Source: Escherichia coli
GTDB taxonomy: Bacteria; Pseudomonadota; Gammaproteobacteria; Enterobacterales; Enterobacteriaceae
Assembly: GCF_003334385.1 (NCBI RefSeq)
Contig: NZ_QOWN01000020.1
Reading direction: 5' to 3' (one strand)
Length of the DNA: 64,000 nucleotides
Part shown: positions 1 to 11,705 of the stretch, one piece after another
Layout: every line of letters starts with the position of its first letter
Position numbering within the stretch: the stretch's first letter is position 1
The notes under the pieces: model-generated
Told to the model about the DNA's origin: nothing
What the model saw: only the letters and a program-made list of their open reading frames with translations
Database searches by the model: none
Translations under genes and position numbers: made by a program

Positions 1-7
1 TATCACT

Positions 8-1270
8 ATGAGTTTTGCGACCATTTCTGTTATCGGACTGGGTTATATCGGGCTGCCAACGGCAGCAGCGTTTGCCTCACGGCAAAAACAGGTAATTGGT
101 GTCGATATCAACCAACATGCGGTTGATACCATCAATCGTGGCGAAATCCATATCGTCGAACCTGATTTGGCGAGTGTAGTAAAAACTGCCGTAGAAGGCG
201 GTTTTTTACGAGCGAGCACGACGCCAGTTGAAGCGGATGCCTGGCTGATTGCTGTACCCACGCCGTTTAAGGGCGATCATGAGCCAGATATGACCTACGT
301 TGAATCGGCTGCTCGCTCCATTGCGCCAGTGCTGAAAAAAGGCGCGCTGGTGATCCTTGAATCCACCTCGCCGGTGGGGTCAACCGAGAAGATGGCAGAA
401 TGGTTAGCAGAGATGCGTCCGGATCTCACTTTCCCGCAGCAGGTGGGCGAGCAGGCGGACGTCAACATTGCTTACTGCCCGGAACGCGTGTTACCAGGAC
501 AGGTAATGGTCGAGCTGATTAAAAACGATCGCGTGATTGGTGGTATGACGCCGGTTTGTTCGGCCCGCGCCAGCGAACTGTACAAAATTTTCCTCGAAGG
601 TGAGTGTGTCGTCACTAACTCGCGGACGGCGGAAATGTGTAAGCTCACCGAAAACAGCTTCCGCGATGTGAATATCGCTTTTGCTAATGAATTGTCGCTG
701 ATTTGTGCCGATCAGGGGATTAACGTCTGGGAACTGATTCGCCTGGCGAATCGTCACCCTCGCGTTAATATTCTTCAGCCTGGCCCTGGCGTGGGCGGTC
801 ACTGCATTGCTGTTGATCCGTGGTTTATCGTGGCACAGAACCCCCAGCAGGCGCGGCTTATCCGTACCGCGCGCGAAGTGAACGATCACAAACCGTTCTG
901 GGTTATCGATCAGGTGAAAGCGGCGGTGGCTGATTGCCTGGCGGCTACCGATAAACGCGCCAGTGAACTGAAAATCGCCTGCTTTGGTCTGGCGTTTAAA
1001 CCGAATATTGATGACCTGCGCGAAAGCCCGGCGATGGAAATCGCTGAACTGATCGCCCAGTGGCATAGCGGCGAAACTCTGGTTGTTGAGCCTAACATCC
1101 ACCAGTTGCCGAAAAAACTGACCGGGCTTTGTACTCTGGCGCAGCTTGACGAGGCGCTGGCAACGGCAGACGTGCTGGTGATGCTGGTCGATCATAGTCA
1201 GTTCAAAGTTATCAATGGCGACAATGTCCATCAGCAGTATGTCGTCGATGCCAAAGGAGTCTGGCGCTGA
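8..1270 (+). CDS. wecC: UDP-N-acetyl-D-mannosaminuronate dehydrogenase (ECA biosynthesis)
   Basis: 420-aa ORF; N-terminal Rossmann motif [10 protein letters not shown]; UDP-sugar dehydrogenase family; stop overlaps rffG start (TGATG). Confidence 0.95.
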   Translation: MSFATISVIGLGYIGLPTAAAFASRQKQVIGVDINQHAVDTINRGEIHIVEPDLASVVKTAVEGGFLRASTTPVEADAWLIAVPTPFKGDHEPDMTYVESAARSIAPVLKKGALVILESTSPVGSTEKMAEWLAEMRPDLTFPQQVGEQADVNIAYCPERVLPGQVMVELIKNDRVIGGMTPVCSARASELYKIFLEGECVVTNSRTAEMCKLTENSFRDVNIAFANELSLICADQGINVWELIRLANRHPRVNILQPGPGVGGHCIAVDPWFIVAQNPQQARLIRTAREVNDHKPFWVIDQVKAAVADCLAATDKRASELKIACFGLAFKPNIDDLRESPAMEIAELIAQWHSGETLVVEPNIHQLPKKLTGLCTLAQLDEALATADVLVMLVDHSQFKVINGDNVHQQYVVDAKGVWR

Positions 1271-2337
1271 TGAGAAAAATTCTGATAACAGGTGGTGCCG
1301 GGTTTATTGGCTCGGCGCTGGTGCGTTATATCATCAACGAAACGAGCGACGCGGTGGTAGTGGTCGATAAGCTGACCTACGCCGGAAACCTGATGTCGCT
1401 GGCACCGGTCGCGCAAAGCGAGCGCTTTGCCTTTGAGAAAGTTGATATCTGCGATCGGGCAGAACTGGCACGCGTATTCACTGAGCATCAGCCAGACTGT
1501 GTCATGCATCTGGCAGCCGAAAGCCATGTTGACCGTTCTATTGACGGCCCGGCAGCGTTTATTGAAACCAACATTGTCGGGACTTATACATTGCTTGAAG
1601 CGGCGCGGGCTTACTGGAATGCGCTGACGGAAGATAAAAAATCAGCGTTCCGTTTTCATCATATCTCCACTGACGAAGTATATGGTGACCTGCACTCGAC
1701 GGATGATTTCTTCACCGAAACCACGCCGTATGCGCCGAGCAGCCCTTATTCCGCGTCAAAAGCCAGCAGCGACCATCTGGTGCGCGCCTGGCTGCGGACC
1801 TATGGTCTGCCGACGCTTATCACCAACTGCTCGAATAACTACGGCCCTTACCACTTTCCGGAAAAACTGATCCCGCTGATGATCCTCAACGCGCTGGCGG
1901 GTAAATCGCTGCCGGTATATGGCAACGGGCAGCAAATCCGTGACTGGCTGTATGTGGAAGATCACGCCCGCGCGCTGTATTGCGTGGCGACCACCGGGAA
2001 AGTCGGTGAAACCTATAATATTGGTGGTCACAACGAGCGTAAGAATCTCGATGTTGTGGAAACCATTTGCGAGCTGCTGGAAGAACTGGCTCCGAACAAG
2101 CCGCACGGCGTGGTGCACTATAGTGAATTGATCACCTTTGTCGCTGACCGTCCGGGGCATGATCTGCGTTATGCCATTGATGCTTCGAAAATTGCCCGTG
2201 AACTTGGCTGGCTGCCGCAGGAAACCTTTGAAAGTGGAATGCGTAAAACGGTGCAGTGGTATCTGGCTAATGAAAGCTGGTGGAAGCAGGTGCAGGACGG
2301 CAGCTATCAGGGCGAGCGTTTAGGTCTGAAAGGCTAA
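1270..2337 (+). CDS. rffG: dTDP-glucose 4,6-dehydratase
   Basis: 355-aa ORF; [11 protein letters not shown]-binding motif; short-chain dehydratase family; position in ECA cluster. Confidence 0.95.
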   Translation: MRKILITGGAGFIGSALVRYIINETSDAVVVVDKLTYAGNLMSLAPVAQSERFAFEKVDICDRAELARVFTEHQPDCVMHLAAESHVDRSIDGPAAFIETNIVGTYTLLEAARAYWNALTEDKKSAFRFHHISTDEVYGDLHSTDDFFTETTPYAPSSPYSASKASSDHLVRAWLRTYGLPTLITNCSNNYGPYHFPEKLIPLMILNALAGKSLPVYGNGQQIRDWLYVEDHARALYCVATTGKVGETYNIGGHNERKNLDVVETICELLEELAPNKPHGVVHYSELITFVADRPGHDLRYAIDASKIARELGWLPQETFESGMRKTVQWYLANESWWKQVQDGSYQGERLGLKG

Positions 2338-2355
2338 TTTTCAGCGGAGGCAAAC

Positions 2356-3237
2356 ATGAAAGGTATTATCCTGGCGGGCGGTTCCGGCACCCGATTGCAT
2401 CCTATTACGCGCGGCGTATCGAAGCAACTGTTGCCGATTTACGATAAGCCAATGATTTACTATCCGCTGTCGGTGCTGATGCTGGCCGGTATCCGCGAAA
2501 TTCTCATCATCACTACGCCGGAAGATAAAGGTTATTTCCAGCGCCTGCTGGGCGATGGTAGTGAGTTCGGTATCCAGCTGGAATATGCCGAACAGCCCAG
2601 CCCGGACGGTCTGGCGCAGGCCTTTATCATCGGTGAAACCTTCCTTAATGGTGAACCTTCTTGTCTGGTGCTGGGCGATAACATCTTCTTCGGTCAGGGC
2701 TTCAGTCCGAAGCTGCGTCATGTTGCGGCGCGCACCGAAGGGGCGACGGTTTTTGGCTATCAGGTGATGGACCCGGAACGCTTTGGCGTGGTGGAGTTTG
2801 ACGACAATTTCCGCGCTATCTCGCTGGAAGAAAAGCCAAAACAGCCGAAGTCAAACTGGGCGGTGACCGGGCTTTATTTCTACGACAGTAAAGTCGTGGA
2901 GTACGCAAAGCAGGTGAAGCCGTCGGAGCGTGGTGAACTGGAGATTACCTCCATCAACCAGATGTACCTCGAGGCGGGCAACCTGACCGTTGAACTGCTC
3001 GGGCGCGGATTTGCCTGGCTGGATACCGGCACTCACGACAGCCTGATTGAAGCCAGCACCTTTGTACAGACGGTGGAAAAACGCCAGGGCTTTAAGATTG
3101 CCTGCCTGGAAGAGATTGCCTGGCGTAACGGCTGGCTCGATGACGAGGGTGTGAAGCGTGCTGCCAGTTCATTAGCGAAAACTGGCTACGGCCAATATCT
3201 GCTGGAGTTACTTCGTGCCCGTCCGCGCCAGTATTGA
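2356..3237 (+). CDS. rffH: glucose-1-phosphate thymidylyltransferase
   Basis: 293-aa ORF; GGSGTRL nucleotidyltransferase motif; RBS-like GGAGG upstream. Confidence 0.95.
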   Translation: MKGIILAGGSGTRLHPITRGVSKQLLPIYDKPMIYYPLSVLMLAGIREILIITTPEDKGYFQRLLGDGSEFGIQLEYAEQPSPDGLAQAFIIGETFLNGEPSCLVLGDNIFFGQGFSPKLRHVAARTEGATVFGYQVMDPERFGVVEFDDNFRAISLEEKPKQPKSNWAVTGLYFYDSKVVEYAKQVKPSERGELEITSINQMYLEAGNLTVELLGRGFAWLDTGTHDSLIEASTFVQTVEKRQGFKIACLEEIAWRNGWLDDEGVKRAASSLAKTGYGQYLLELLRARPRQY

Positions 3238-3889
3238 GCCACTAACCTGGGAAAACGCCTTCTTTGGTGTTAACAGCGCCATCGTGCGCATTACGTCTGA
3301 AGCACCGCTCCTGACGCCAGACGCGTTAGCGCCGTGGTCACGGGTGCAGGCCAAAATTGCGGCATCAAATACGGGTGAACTGGATGCCCTGCAACAGTTG
3401 GGATTCTCCCTGGTAGAAGGTGAAGTTGATTTGGCGCTACCCGTGAACAATGCCAGTGATAGCGGTGCTTTAGTGGCACAAGAGACCGATATTCCCGCAT
3501 TACGTCAGTTAGCCAGCGCCGCATTTGCGCAAAGCCGTTTTCGTGCGCCGTGGTATGCGCCTGACGCCAGCAGTCGCTTTTATGCACAGTGGATTGAAAA
3601 TGCCGTGCGCGGCACCTTTGATCATCAATGTCTGATTTTACGTGCGGCGTCCGGCGATATTCGCGGCTATGTCTCTTTACGGGAACTCAATGCGACAGAT
3701 GCGCGAATTGGCCTGCTGGCTGGACGCGGTGCAGGTGCTGAGCTGATGCAAACGGCGCTAAACTGGGCGTATGCTCGCGGTAAAACAACTTTGCGGGTGG
3801 CGACCCAAATGGGCAACACCGCCGCGCTTAAACGATACATACAAAGTGGTGCGAATGTAGAAAGCACCGCGTACTGGTTATACAGGTGA
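3215..3889 (+). CDS. wecD: dTDP-fucosamine acetyltransferase (GNAT)
   Basis: 224-aa ORF overlapping rffH 3' end by 23 nt; synteny in ECA cluster; an internal alternative start is possible. Confidence 0.8.
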   Translation: MPVRASIEPLTWENAFFGVNSAIVRITSEAPLLTPDALAPWSRVQAKIAASNTGELDALQQLGFSLVEGEVDLALPVNNASDSGALVAQETDIPALRQLASAAFAQSRFRAPWYAPDASSRFYAQWIENAVRGTFDHQCLILRAASGDIRGYVSLRELNATDARIGLLAGRGAGAELMQTALNWAYARGKTTLRVATQMGNTAALKRYIQSGANVESTAYWLYR

Positions 3890-3893
3890 TCAC

Positions 3894-5024
3894 ATGATTC
3901 CATTTAACGCACCGCCGGTGGTGGGAACCGAACTCGACTATATGCAGTCGGCAATGGGTAGCGGCAAACTGTGTGGCGATGGCGGTTTTACCCGTCGCTG
4001 CCAGCAGTGGCTGGAGCAACGTTTTGGCAGCGCCAAAGTGTTACTGACGCCGTCCTGCACCGCTTCGCTGGAGATGGCGGCGCTGCTGCTCGATATCCAG
4101 CCTGGCGATGAAGTGATCATGCCGAGCTACACCTTTGTCTCCACCGCCAATGCCTTTGTGCTGCGTGGCGCAAAAATCGTTTTTGTGGATGTTCGCCCGG
4201 ACACCATGAACATCGACGAAACGCTGATTGAAGCGGCGATCACCGACAAAACGCGCGTTATCGTGCCGGTCCATTACGCGGGTGTGGCCTGCGAAATGGA
4301 CACCATTATGGCGTTGGCGAAAAAGCATAATTTGTTTGTGGTAGAAGATGCCGCTCAGGGCGTGATGTCCACTTACAAAGGGCGTGCACTGGGAACCATT
4401 GGTCATATTGGCTGCTTTAGCTTCCATGAAACCAAAAACTACACGGCGGGCGGTGAAGGCGGCGCGACGCTGATTAACGATAAAGCGTTAATCGAACGAG
4501 CCGAGATCATCCGTGAAAAGGGCACTAACCGCAGCCAGTTCTTCCGTGGTCAGGTCGATAAATATACCTGGCGCGATATTGGCTCCAGCTATTTGATGTC
4601 CGATCTGCAAGCTGCATACCTGTGGGCGCAACTGGAAGCAGCGGATCGTATCAACCAGCAACGTCTGGCGCTGTGGCAAAACTACTACGATGCGTTAGCG
4701 CCTCTGGCGAAAGCCGGGCGTATCGAGCTGCCGTCGATTCCCGATGGCTGCGTGCAGAACGCGCATATGTTCTACATTAAACTGCGGGATATTGATGACC
4801 GGAGCGCGTTGATTAACTTTCTGAAAGAAGCGGAAATCATGGCGGTGTTTCATTACATTCCGCTGCACGGTTGCCCTGCGGGGGAACACTTTGGTGAGTT
4901 CCACGGTGAAGATCGCTACACCACCAAAGAGAGCGAGCGCCTGCTGCGCCTGCCGCTGTTCTACAACCTGTCGCCCGTCAATCAGCGTACGGTAATTGCG
5001 ACTTTGTTGAACTACTTTTCCTGA
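3894..5024 (+). CDS. wecE: dTDP-4-amino-4,6-dideoxygalactose transaminase (DegT/PLP family)
   Basis: 376-aa ORF; DegT/DnrJ-type aminotransferase features; synteny. Confidence 0.93.
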   Translation: MIPFNAPPVVGTELDYMQSAMGSGKLCGDGGFTRRCQQWLEQRFGSAKVLLTPSCTASLEMAALLLDIQPGDEVIMPSYTFVSTANAFVLRGAKIVFVDVRPDTMNIDETLIEAAITDKTRVIVPVHYAGVACEMDTIMALAKKHNLFVVEDAAQGVMSTYKGRALGTIGHIGCFSFHETKNYTAGGEGGATLINDKALIERAEIIREKGTNRSQFFRGQVDKYTWRDIGSSYLMSDLQAAYLWAQLEAADRINQQRLALWQNYYDALAPLAKAGRIELPSIPDGCVQNAHMFYIKLRDIDDRSALINFLKEAEIMAVFHYIPLHGCPAGEHFGEFHGEDRYTTKESERLLRLPLFYNLSPVNQRTVIATLLNYFS

Positions 5025-5025
5025 T

Positions 5026-6276
5026 ATGTCGTTGGCAAAAGCGTCCTTGTGGACGGCGGCCAGTACACTGGTCAAGATTGGTGCCGGGTTACTGGTCGGT
5101 AAGTTGCTGGCGGTGTCATTTGGTCCGGCGGGGCTTGGGCTGGCGGCAAATTTCCGCCAGTTGATTACCGTGCTCGGCGTGCTTGCCGGGGCTGGCATCT
5201 TTAACGGTGTAACCAAATACGTTGCCCAGTACCATGATAATCCGCAACAGCTGCGCCGCGTGGTCGGCACTTCATCAGCGATGGTACTTGGTTTCTCTAC
5301 GCTGATGGCGCTGGTTTTTGTGCTGGCAGCTGCGCCAATCAGCCAGGGATTGTTTGGTAATACCGACTATCAGGGGCTGGTGCGTTTAGTGGCGCTGGTG
5401 CAAATGGGGATCGCCTGGGGCAACCTGTTACTGGCGCTGATGAAAGGCTTTCGCGATGCCGCAGGTAATGCGTTATCGCTGATTGTCGGCAGCTTGATTG
5501 GCGTTCTCGCGTACTACGTCAGTTACCGTTTGGGCGGTTATGAAGGGGCGTTGCTGGGTCTGGCGCTGATTCCCGCGCTGGTGGTAATTCCTGCCGCCAT
5601 CATGTTGATCAAACGTGGTGTCATCCCGTTAAGCTATCTGAAACCCAGCTGGGATAACGGTCTGGCAGGGCAGTTGAGCAAATTTACGCTCATGGCGTTG
5701 ATTACGTCGGTGACCTTGCCTGTTGCTTACATCATGATGCGTAAACTGCTGGCGGCGCAGTATAGCTGGGATGAGGTGGGGATCTGGCAAGGGGTGAGCA
5801 GTATTTCCGATGCCTACCTGCAATTTATTACGGCATCGTTCAGCGTATATTTGCTGCCCACGTTGTCGCGGCTAACGGAAAAGCGCGATATCACCCGGGA
5901 AGTGGTTAAATCGCTGAAATTCGTCTTACCGGCAGTGGCGGCGGCGAGTTTTACCGTCTGGCTGCTGCGTGATTTTGCTATCTGGCTGCTGTTGTCGAAT
6001 AAATTTACCGCTATGCGCGATCTCTTTGCCTGGCAGTTAGTGGGTGATGTGTTAAAAGTGGGCGCTTATGTCTTTGGTTATCTGGTGATCGCCAAAGCGT
6101 CACTGCGGTTTTATATTCTGGCGGAAGTCAGCCAGTTCACTTTATTGATGGTATTTGCCCACTGGCTAATCCCTGCGCATGGTGCACTGGGCGCGGCGCA
6201 GGCATATATGGCAACTTATATCGTCTATTTTTCTCTTTGTTGTGGCGTGTTTTTACTCTGGCGTAGGCGGGCATGA
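5026..6276 (+). CDS. wzxE: ECA lipid III flippase (Wzx family)
   Basis: 416-aa polytopic hydrophobic ORF; start 2 nt after wecE stop; synteny. Confidence 0.93.
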   Translation: MSLAKASLWTAASTLVKIGAGLLVGKLLAVSFGPAGLGLAANFRQLITVLGVLAGAGIFNGVTKYVAQYHDNPQQLRRVVGTSSAMVLGFSTLMALVFVLAAAPISQGLFGNTDYQGLVRLVALVQMGIAWGNLLLALMKGFRDAAGNALSLIVGSLIGVLAYYVSYRLGGYEGALLGLALIPALVVIPAAIMLIKRGVIPLSYLKPSWDNGLAGQLSKFTLMALITSVTLPVAYIMMRKLLAAQYSWDEVGIWQGVSSISDAYLQFITASFSVYLLPTLSRLTEKRDITREVVKSLKFVLPAVAAASFTVWLLRDFAIWLLLSNKFTAMRDLFAWQLVGDVLKVGAYVFGYLVIAKASLRFYILAEVSQFTLLMVFAHWLIPAHGALGAAQAYMATYIVYFSLCCGVFLLWRRRA

Positions 6277-7352
6277 CTGTACTGATTCACGTACTGGGAT
6301 CGGATATCCCTCACCATAACCGAACCGTTTTGCGGTTTTTCAATGACGCGCTGGCCGCGACGAGCGAGCACGCGCGCGAGTTTATGGTTGTTGGCAAGGA
6401 CGACGGCTTAAGTGATAGCTGTCCGGCGCTTTCTGTGCAATTTTTCCCTGGGAAAAAATCGCTGGCGGAAGCGGTCATCGCGAAAGCAAAAGCTAACCGT
6501 CAGCAGCGTTTTTTCTTCCACGGTCAGTTCAATCCCACACTGTGGCTGGCTCTGCTGAGTGGTGGCATTAAGCCCAGCCAGTTTTTCTGGCATATCTGGG
6601 GGGCAGACCTGTATGAGCTTTCCAGTGGCTTGAGATATAAGCTTTTTTACCCACTACGTCGCCTGGCGCAAAAGCGAGTCGGCTGTGTATTTGCCACCCG
6701 CGGCGATTTGAGCTTTTTTGCCAAAACGCACCCAAAGGTGCGGGGCGAACTGCTGTACTTCCCGACGCGGATGGACCCTTCGCTCAATACGATGGCGAAC
6801 GATCGGCAACGTGAAGGGAAAATGACCATTCTGGTGGGGAACTCCGGCGACCGCAGCAATGAGCATATTGCTGCCTTGCGCGCCGTTCATCAGCAATTTG
6901 GCGATACGGTAAAAGTGGTGGTGCCGATGGGATATCCGCCTAATAACGAAGCGTACATTGAGGAAGTTCGTCAGGCGGGGCTGGAGTTATTCAGCGAAGA
7001 AAATCTACAAATTCTGAGCGAAAAACTGGAATTTGACGCCTATCTGGCGCTACTTCGTCAGTGCGATCTTGGTTACTTTATTTTTGCCCGCCAGCAGGGC
7101 ATTGGTACGCTGTGCTTACTGATTCAGGCGGGCATTCCTTGTGTGCTTAACCGGGAAAATCCGTTCTGGCAGGATATGACGGAACAACATTTGCCGGTGC
7201 TGTTTACTACCGACGATCTCAACGAGGATATTGTGCGTGAAGCGCAGCGCCAGTTGGCGTCGGTGGATAAAAACACCATTGCCTTCTTTAGCCCTAACTA
7301 TCTACAAGGCTGGCAGCGGGCGTTGGCGATTGCCGCCGGGGAGGTCGCATGA
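6273..7352 (+). CDS. wecF: TDP-Fuc4NAc:lipid II 4-alpha-L-fucosaminyltransferase
   Basis: 359-aa ORF; 4-nt overlap with wzxE (ATGA); synteny. Confidence 0.92.
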   Translation: MTVLIHVLGSDIPHHNRTVLRFFNDALAATSEHAREFMVVGKDDGLSDSCPALSVQFFPGKKSLAEAVIAKAKANRQQRFFFHGQFNPTLWLALLSGGIKPSQFFWHIWGADLYELSSGLRYKLFYPLRRLAQKRVGCVFATRGDLSFFAKTHPKVRGELLYFPTRMDPSLNTMANDRQREGKMTILVGNSGDRSNEHIAALRAVHQQFGDTVKVVVPMGYPPNNEAYIEEVRQAGLELFSEENLQILSEKLEFDAYLALLRQCDLGYFIFARQQGIGTLCLLIQAGIPCVLNRENPFWQDMTEQHLPVLFTTDDLNEDIVREAQRQLASVDKNTIAFFSPNYLQGWQRALAIAAGEVA

Positions 7353-8701
7353 GTCTGCTGCAATTCAGTGGCCTGTTTGTTGTCTGGCTGCTCTGCACGC
7401 TGTTTATTGCCACGCTGACCTGGTTTGAGTTTCGCCGTGTGCGCTTTAACTTCAATGTCTTCTTTTCATTGCTGTTTTTGCTCACCTTTTTCTTCGGCTT
7501 CCCGCTGACCAGCGTGCTGGTATTTCGCTTTGATGTTGGTGTCGCGCCGCCAGAAATCTTGTTGCAGGCGTTGCTTTCTGCGGGCTGCTTCTACGCGGTT
7601 TACTATGTCACCTACAAAACCCGCCTACGCAAACGCGTTGCTGATGTACCGCGCCGTCCGCTGTTTACCATGAACCGCGTGGAGACCAATCTTACGTGGG
7701 TGATCCTGATGGGTATCGCGCTGGTAAGCGTCGGCATCTTCTTCATGCACAACGGCTTTTTGCTGTTCCGGCTTAACTCCTACAGTCAGATCTTTTCCAG
7801 TGAAGTCTCCGGCGTGGCGTTAAAACGCTTCTTTTACTTTTTCATCCCGGCGATGCTGGTGGTCTACTTTCTGCGCCAGGACAGCAAAGCGTGGCTGTTT
7901 TTCCTCGTCAGCACGGTCGCCTTTGGCTTGCTGACTTATATGATTGTCGGCGGCACTCGCGCCAATATCATCATCGCATTCGCTATCTTCCTGTTTATTG
8001 GCATTATTCGCGGCTGGATTTCGTTGTGGATGCTGGCGGCGGCGGGCGTGCTGGGGATTGTTGGCATGTTCTGGCTGGCACTAAAACGCTATGGAATGAA
8101 TGTGAGCGGCGATGAAGCGTTCTATACGTTTCTCTATCTCACTCGCGACACCTTCTCGCCGTGGGAGAATCTGGCGTTGCTGTTGCAGAACTACGACAAC
8201 ATCGACTTCCAGGGCCTGGCTCCAATTGTCCGCGATTTCTATGTCTTTATCCCTTCCTGGCTGTGGCCGGGTCGCCCGAGTATGGTGCTGAACTCAGCCA
8301 ACTACTTTACCTGGGAAGTGCTGAATAACCACTCCGGACTGGCGATCTCGCCTACGCTTATAGGCTCACTGGTGGTGATGGGCGGCGCGTTGTTCATCCC
8401 GCTCGGGGCGATCGTGGTTGGTCTGATCATCAAATGGTTCGACTGGCTGTATGAGCTGGGCAACCGCGAGCCTAATCGCTATAAAGCTGCGATATTGCAC
8501 AGTTTCTGCTTTGGGGCGATCTTCAATATGATCGTGCTGGCGCGTGAAGGGCTGGATTCGTTTGTCTCACGCGTGGTCTTTTTTATCGTGGTCTTCGGCG
8601 CATGTCTGATGATCGCAAAACTGTTGTACTGGCTTTTTGAAAGCGCCGGACTCATTCATAAACGTACAAAATCATCGCTCCGGACGCAGGTTGAAGGATA
8701 A
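7349..8701 (+). CDS. wzyE: ECA polymerase (Wzy family)
   Basis: 450-aa polytopic membrane ORF; 4-nt overlap with wecF; synteny. Confidence 0.92.
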   Translation: MSLLQFSGLFVVWLLCTLFIATLTWFEFRRVRFNFNVFFSLLFLLTFFFGFPLTSVLVFRFDVGVAPPEILLQALLSAGCFYAVYYVTYKTRLRKRVADVPRRPLFTMNRVETNLTWVILMGIALVSVGIFFMHNGFLLFRLNSYSQIFSSEVSGVALKRFFYFFIPAMLVVYFLRQDSKAWLFFLVSTVAFGLLTYMIVGGTRANIIIAFAIFLFIGIIRGWISLWMLAAAGVLGIVGMFWLALKRYGMNVSGDEAFYTFLYLTRDTFSPWENLALLLQNYDNIDFQGLAPIVRDFYVFIPSWLWPGRPSMVLNSANYFTWEVLNNHSGLAISPTLIGSLVVMGGALFIPLGAIVVGLIIKWFDWLYELGNREPNRYKAAILHSFCFGAIFNMIVLAREGLDSFVSRVVFFIVVFGACLMIAKLLYWLFESAGLIHKRTKSSLRTQVEG

Positions 8702-8703
8702 CA

Positions 8704-9444
8704 ATGAATAACAACACCACGGCACCAACCTATACGCTGCGTGGCTTACAGTTGATTGGTTGGCGTGATATGCAGCACGCCCTCGATTATCTGTTTGCTG
8801 ACGGGCAGCTTAAGCAGGGAACGCTGGTTGCCATTAATGCTGAAAAAATGCTGACTATTGAAGATAACGCCGAGGTCAGGGAGTTAATTAACGCTGCCGA
8901 ATTTAAATATGCGGATGGCATCAGCGTTGTACGTTCAGTACGTAAAAAGTACCCGCAGGCGCAGGTTTCCCGCGTTGCCGGTGCCGATCTCTGGGAAGAG
9001 CTGATGGCGCGCGCAGGCAAAGAAGGGACGCCGGTATTTCTTGTGGGCGGTAAACCTGAAGTGCTGGCGCAAACTGAAGCTAAACTGCGCAACCAGTGGA
9101 ATGTGAATATCGTTGGCAGTCAGGATGGTTATTTTAAACCCGAGCAGCGTCAGGCGCTGTTTGAACGCATTCATGCCAGCGGTGCGCAAATCGTCACCGT
9201 TGCGATGGGATCGCCAAAGCAGGAGATCATCATGCGCGACTGCCGTCTGGTACATCCAGATGCGCTGTATATGGGCGTTGGCGGGACTTACGATGTTTTC
9301 ACCGGTCACGTAAAACGCGCACCGAAAATCTGGCAAACGCTGGGGCTGGAGTGGCTCTACCGCCTGCTTTCGCAGCCGAGCCGCATTAAGCGTCAGCTTC
9401 GTTTGCTGCGTTATTTACGCTGGCACTACACCGGCAACCTATGA
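8704..9444 (+). CDS. wecG: UDP-ManNAcA:lipid I transferase (WecB/TagA/CpsF family)
   Basis: 246-aa ORF immediately after wzyE; last gene of ECA operon. Confidence 0.92.
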   Translation: MNNNTTAPTYTLRGLQLIGWRDMQHALDYLFADGQLKQGTLVAINAEKMLTIEDNAEVRELINAAEFKYADGISVVRSVRKKYPQAQVSRVAGADLWEELMARAGKEGTPVFLVGGKPEVLAQTEAKLRNQWNVNIVGSQDGYFKPEQRQALFERIHASGAQIVTVAMGSPKQEIIMRDCRLVHPDALYMGVGGTYDVFTGHVKRAPKIWQTLGLEWLYRLLSQPSRIKRQLRLLRYLRWHYTGNL

Positions 9445-9634
9445 TTTTCCTCTCTTTGTAAAGCGACGGAGTGGTCACTCCGTCGCCTGTCTGCTTTTTT
9501 ATTACACAAAGCATTCAAATTTTTAATGCTTTATTTGCCATTTCTCCTGAATTACGAAAACATTTGCAACACTCGATGTACCCATAACGATAACCGGTAA
9601 CACCGGAAAGCATGCAAACACAACACGAGGATTT

Positions 9635-11020
9635 ATGGCAGATAACAAACCAGAGCTACAGCGTGGGCTGGAAGCTCGACATATCGAACTCATCGCCCTG
9701 GGGGGCACCATTGGCGTCGGCCTGTTTATGGGGGCCGCCAGTACCCTGAAATGGGCCGGGCCATCCGTATTGTTGGCCTATATCATCGCCGGGCTGTTCG
9801 TCTTTTTCATCATGCGTTCAATGGGCGAAATGTTGTTCCTCGAACCGGTTACCGGTTCGTTCGCCGTTTATGCGCATCGTTATATGAGCCCGTTCTTTGG
9901 CTATCTCACCGCCTGGTCTTACTGGTTTATGTGGATGGCGGTGGGGATCTCTGAAATCACCGCCATTGGCGTTTATGTCCAGTTCTGGTTCCCGGAGATG
10001 GCGCAGTGGATACCCGCATTGATCGCAGTGGCGCTGGTGGCGTTGGCGAATCTGGCGGCGGTGCGGTTGTACGGCGAAATCGAGTTCTGGTTCGCGATGA
10101 TCAAAGTCACCACGATTATCGTGATGATTGTCATTGGCCTGGGCGTGATTTTCTTTGGCTTTGGCAATGGCGGGCAGTCGATTGGTTTTAGCAATCTCAC
10201 AGAGCATGGCGGTTTCTTTGCGGGTGGCTGGAAAGGGTTCCTGACCGCTCTGTGTATTGTGGTGGCGTCCTACCAGGGCGTGGAGCTGATTGGCATTACT
10301 GCCGGTGAAGCGAAGAATCCGCAGGTGACGCTGCGCAGTGCCGTAGGCAAGGTGCTGTGGCGGATCCTGATTTTCTACGTAGGCGCGATTTTCGTTATCG
10401 TCACCATCTTCCCGTGGAATGAAATAGGCAGCAACGGCAGCCCGTTCGTACTGACTTTTGCCAAAATCGGTATTACCGCAGCGGCGGGCATTATCAACTT
10501 TGTGGTGCTGACGGCTGCGCTCTCTGGCTGTAACAGCGGCATGTACAGTTGCGGACGTATGCTCTACGCACTGGCGAAAAACCGTCAGTTACCGGCGGCA
10601 ATGGCGAAAGTTTCCCGTCACGGCGTACCGGTTGCGGGTGTGGCAGTATCTATTGCTATTCTGCTAATTGGCTCATGCCTGAACTACATCATTCCCAATC
10701 CGCAGCGTGTGTTTGTCTACGTCTACAGTGCCAGCGTGCTTCCGGGGATGGTGCCATGGTTTGTGATATTGATAAGCCAGCTGCGTTTTCGGCGTGCACA
10801 TAAAGCGGCGATTGCCAGCCATCCGTTCCGCTCAATCCTGTTCCCGTGGGCCAATTACGTAACAATGGCATTCCTGATTTGCGTTTTGATCGGCATGTAC
10901 TTTAATGAAGATACGCGTATGTCGCTGTTTGTTGGCATCATCTTTATGCTGGCGGTGACGGCGATTTATAAAGTTTTTGGCCTTAATCGCCACGGGAAAG
11001 CGCATAAACTGGAGGAATAA
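9635..11020 (+). CDS. yifK: amino acid permease (APC family)
   Basis: 461-aa ORF, 12-TM-like hydrophobic profile; N-terminus [24 protein letters not shown] typical of APC permeases. Confidence 0.93.
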
Positions 11021-11072
11021 GCAGCAAAACGCACAAACCGTAACCAAACGCGCAATTTATTTAAAAAGGGAC

Positions 11073-11101
11073 TAGACAGAGGGGTGGGAAGTCCGTATTA
11101 T
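11073..11101 (+). promoter_or_regulatory. sigma70 promoter of argX-hisR-leuT-proM tRNA operon (TAGACA-17bp-TATTAT) with GC-rich discriminator
   Basis: -35-like TAGACA at 11073-11078, 17-bp spacer, -10 TATTAT at 11096-11101, followed by CCACCCCCGC discriminator about 20 nt upstream of tRNA-Arg. Confidence 0.6.
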
Positions 11102-11122
11102 CCACCCCCGCAACGGCGCTAA

Positions 11123-11199
<77 letters not shown>

Positions 11200-11256
11200 T
11201 TTAGTCCCGGCGCTTGAGCTGCGGTGGTAGTAATACCGCGTAACAAGATTTGTAGT

Positions 11257-11333
11257 GGTGGCTATAGCTCAGTTGGTAGAGCCCTGGATTGTGATTCCAG
11301 TTGTCGTGGGTTCGAATCCCATTAGCCACCCCA
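11257..11333 (+). tRNA. hisR: tRNA-His (anticodon GTG) with encoded G-1
   Basis: GGTGGCTATAGCTCAGTTGGTAGAGC...TTGTGAT...GGTTCGAATCC...CCACCCCA; extra 5' G characteristic of tRNA-His. Confidence 0.97.
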
Positions 11334-11353
11334 TTATTAGAAGTTGTGACAAT

Positions 11354-11440
11354 GCGAAGGTGGCGGAATTGGTAGACGCGCTAGCTTCAGGTGTTAGTGT
11401 CCTTACGGACGTGGGGGTTCAAGTCCCCCCCCTCGCACCA
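11354..11440 (+). tRNA. leuT: tRNA-Leu (anticodon CAG), class II with long variable arm
   Basis: 87-nt GCGAAGGTGGCGGAATTGGTAGACGCG...CTTCAGGT...GGTTCAAGTCC...CGCACCA. Confidence 0.97.
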
Positions 11441-11482
11441 CGACTTTAAAGAATTGAACTAAAAATTCAAAAAGCAGTATTT

Positions 11483-11559
11483 CGGCGAGTAGCGCAGCTT
11501 GGTAGCGCAACTGGTTTGGGACCAGTGGGTCGGAGGTTCGAATCCTCTCTCGCCGACCA
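11483..11559 (+). tRNA. proM: tRNA-Pro (anticodon TGG)
   Basis: 77-nt CGGCGAGTAGCGCAGCTTGGTAGCGC...GGTTTGGGACC...GGTTCGAATCC...CGCCGACCA. Confidence 0.97.
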
Positions 11560-11564
11560 ATTTT

Positions 11565-11594
11565 GAACCCCGCTTCGGCGGGGTTTTTTGTTTT
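11565..11594 (+). terminator. rho-independent terminator of the tRNA operon
   Basis: GC hairpin CCCCGC-TTCG-GCGGGG followed by TTTTTTGTTTT. Confidence 0.85.
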
Positions 11595-11705
11595 CTGTGC
11601 ATTTCGTCACCCTCCCTTCGCAATAAACGCCCGTAATAACTCATTGCCCCACGGTATGATTTCGCCCTTAACGTATTGAAGGATGACTTCAGGCAAGGAG
11701 TGACC

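Noticed and set aside
11676-11705. Upstream start for aslB (421-aa ORF)
   Set aside because: The ATG at 11706 gives the N-terminus MLQQVPTRAF that I recognise for AslB; the upstream codons overlap the tRNA operon terminator region.
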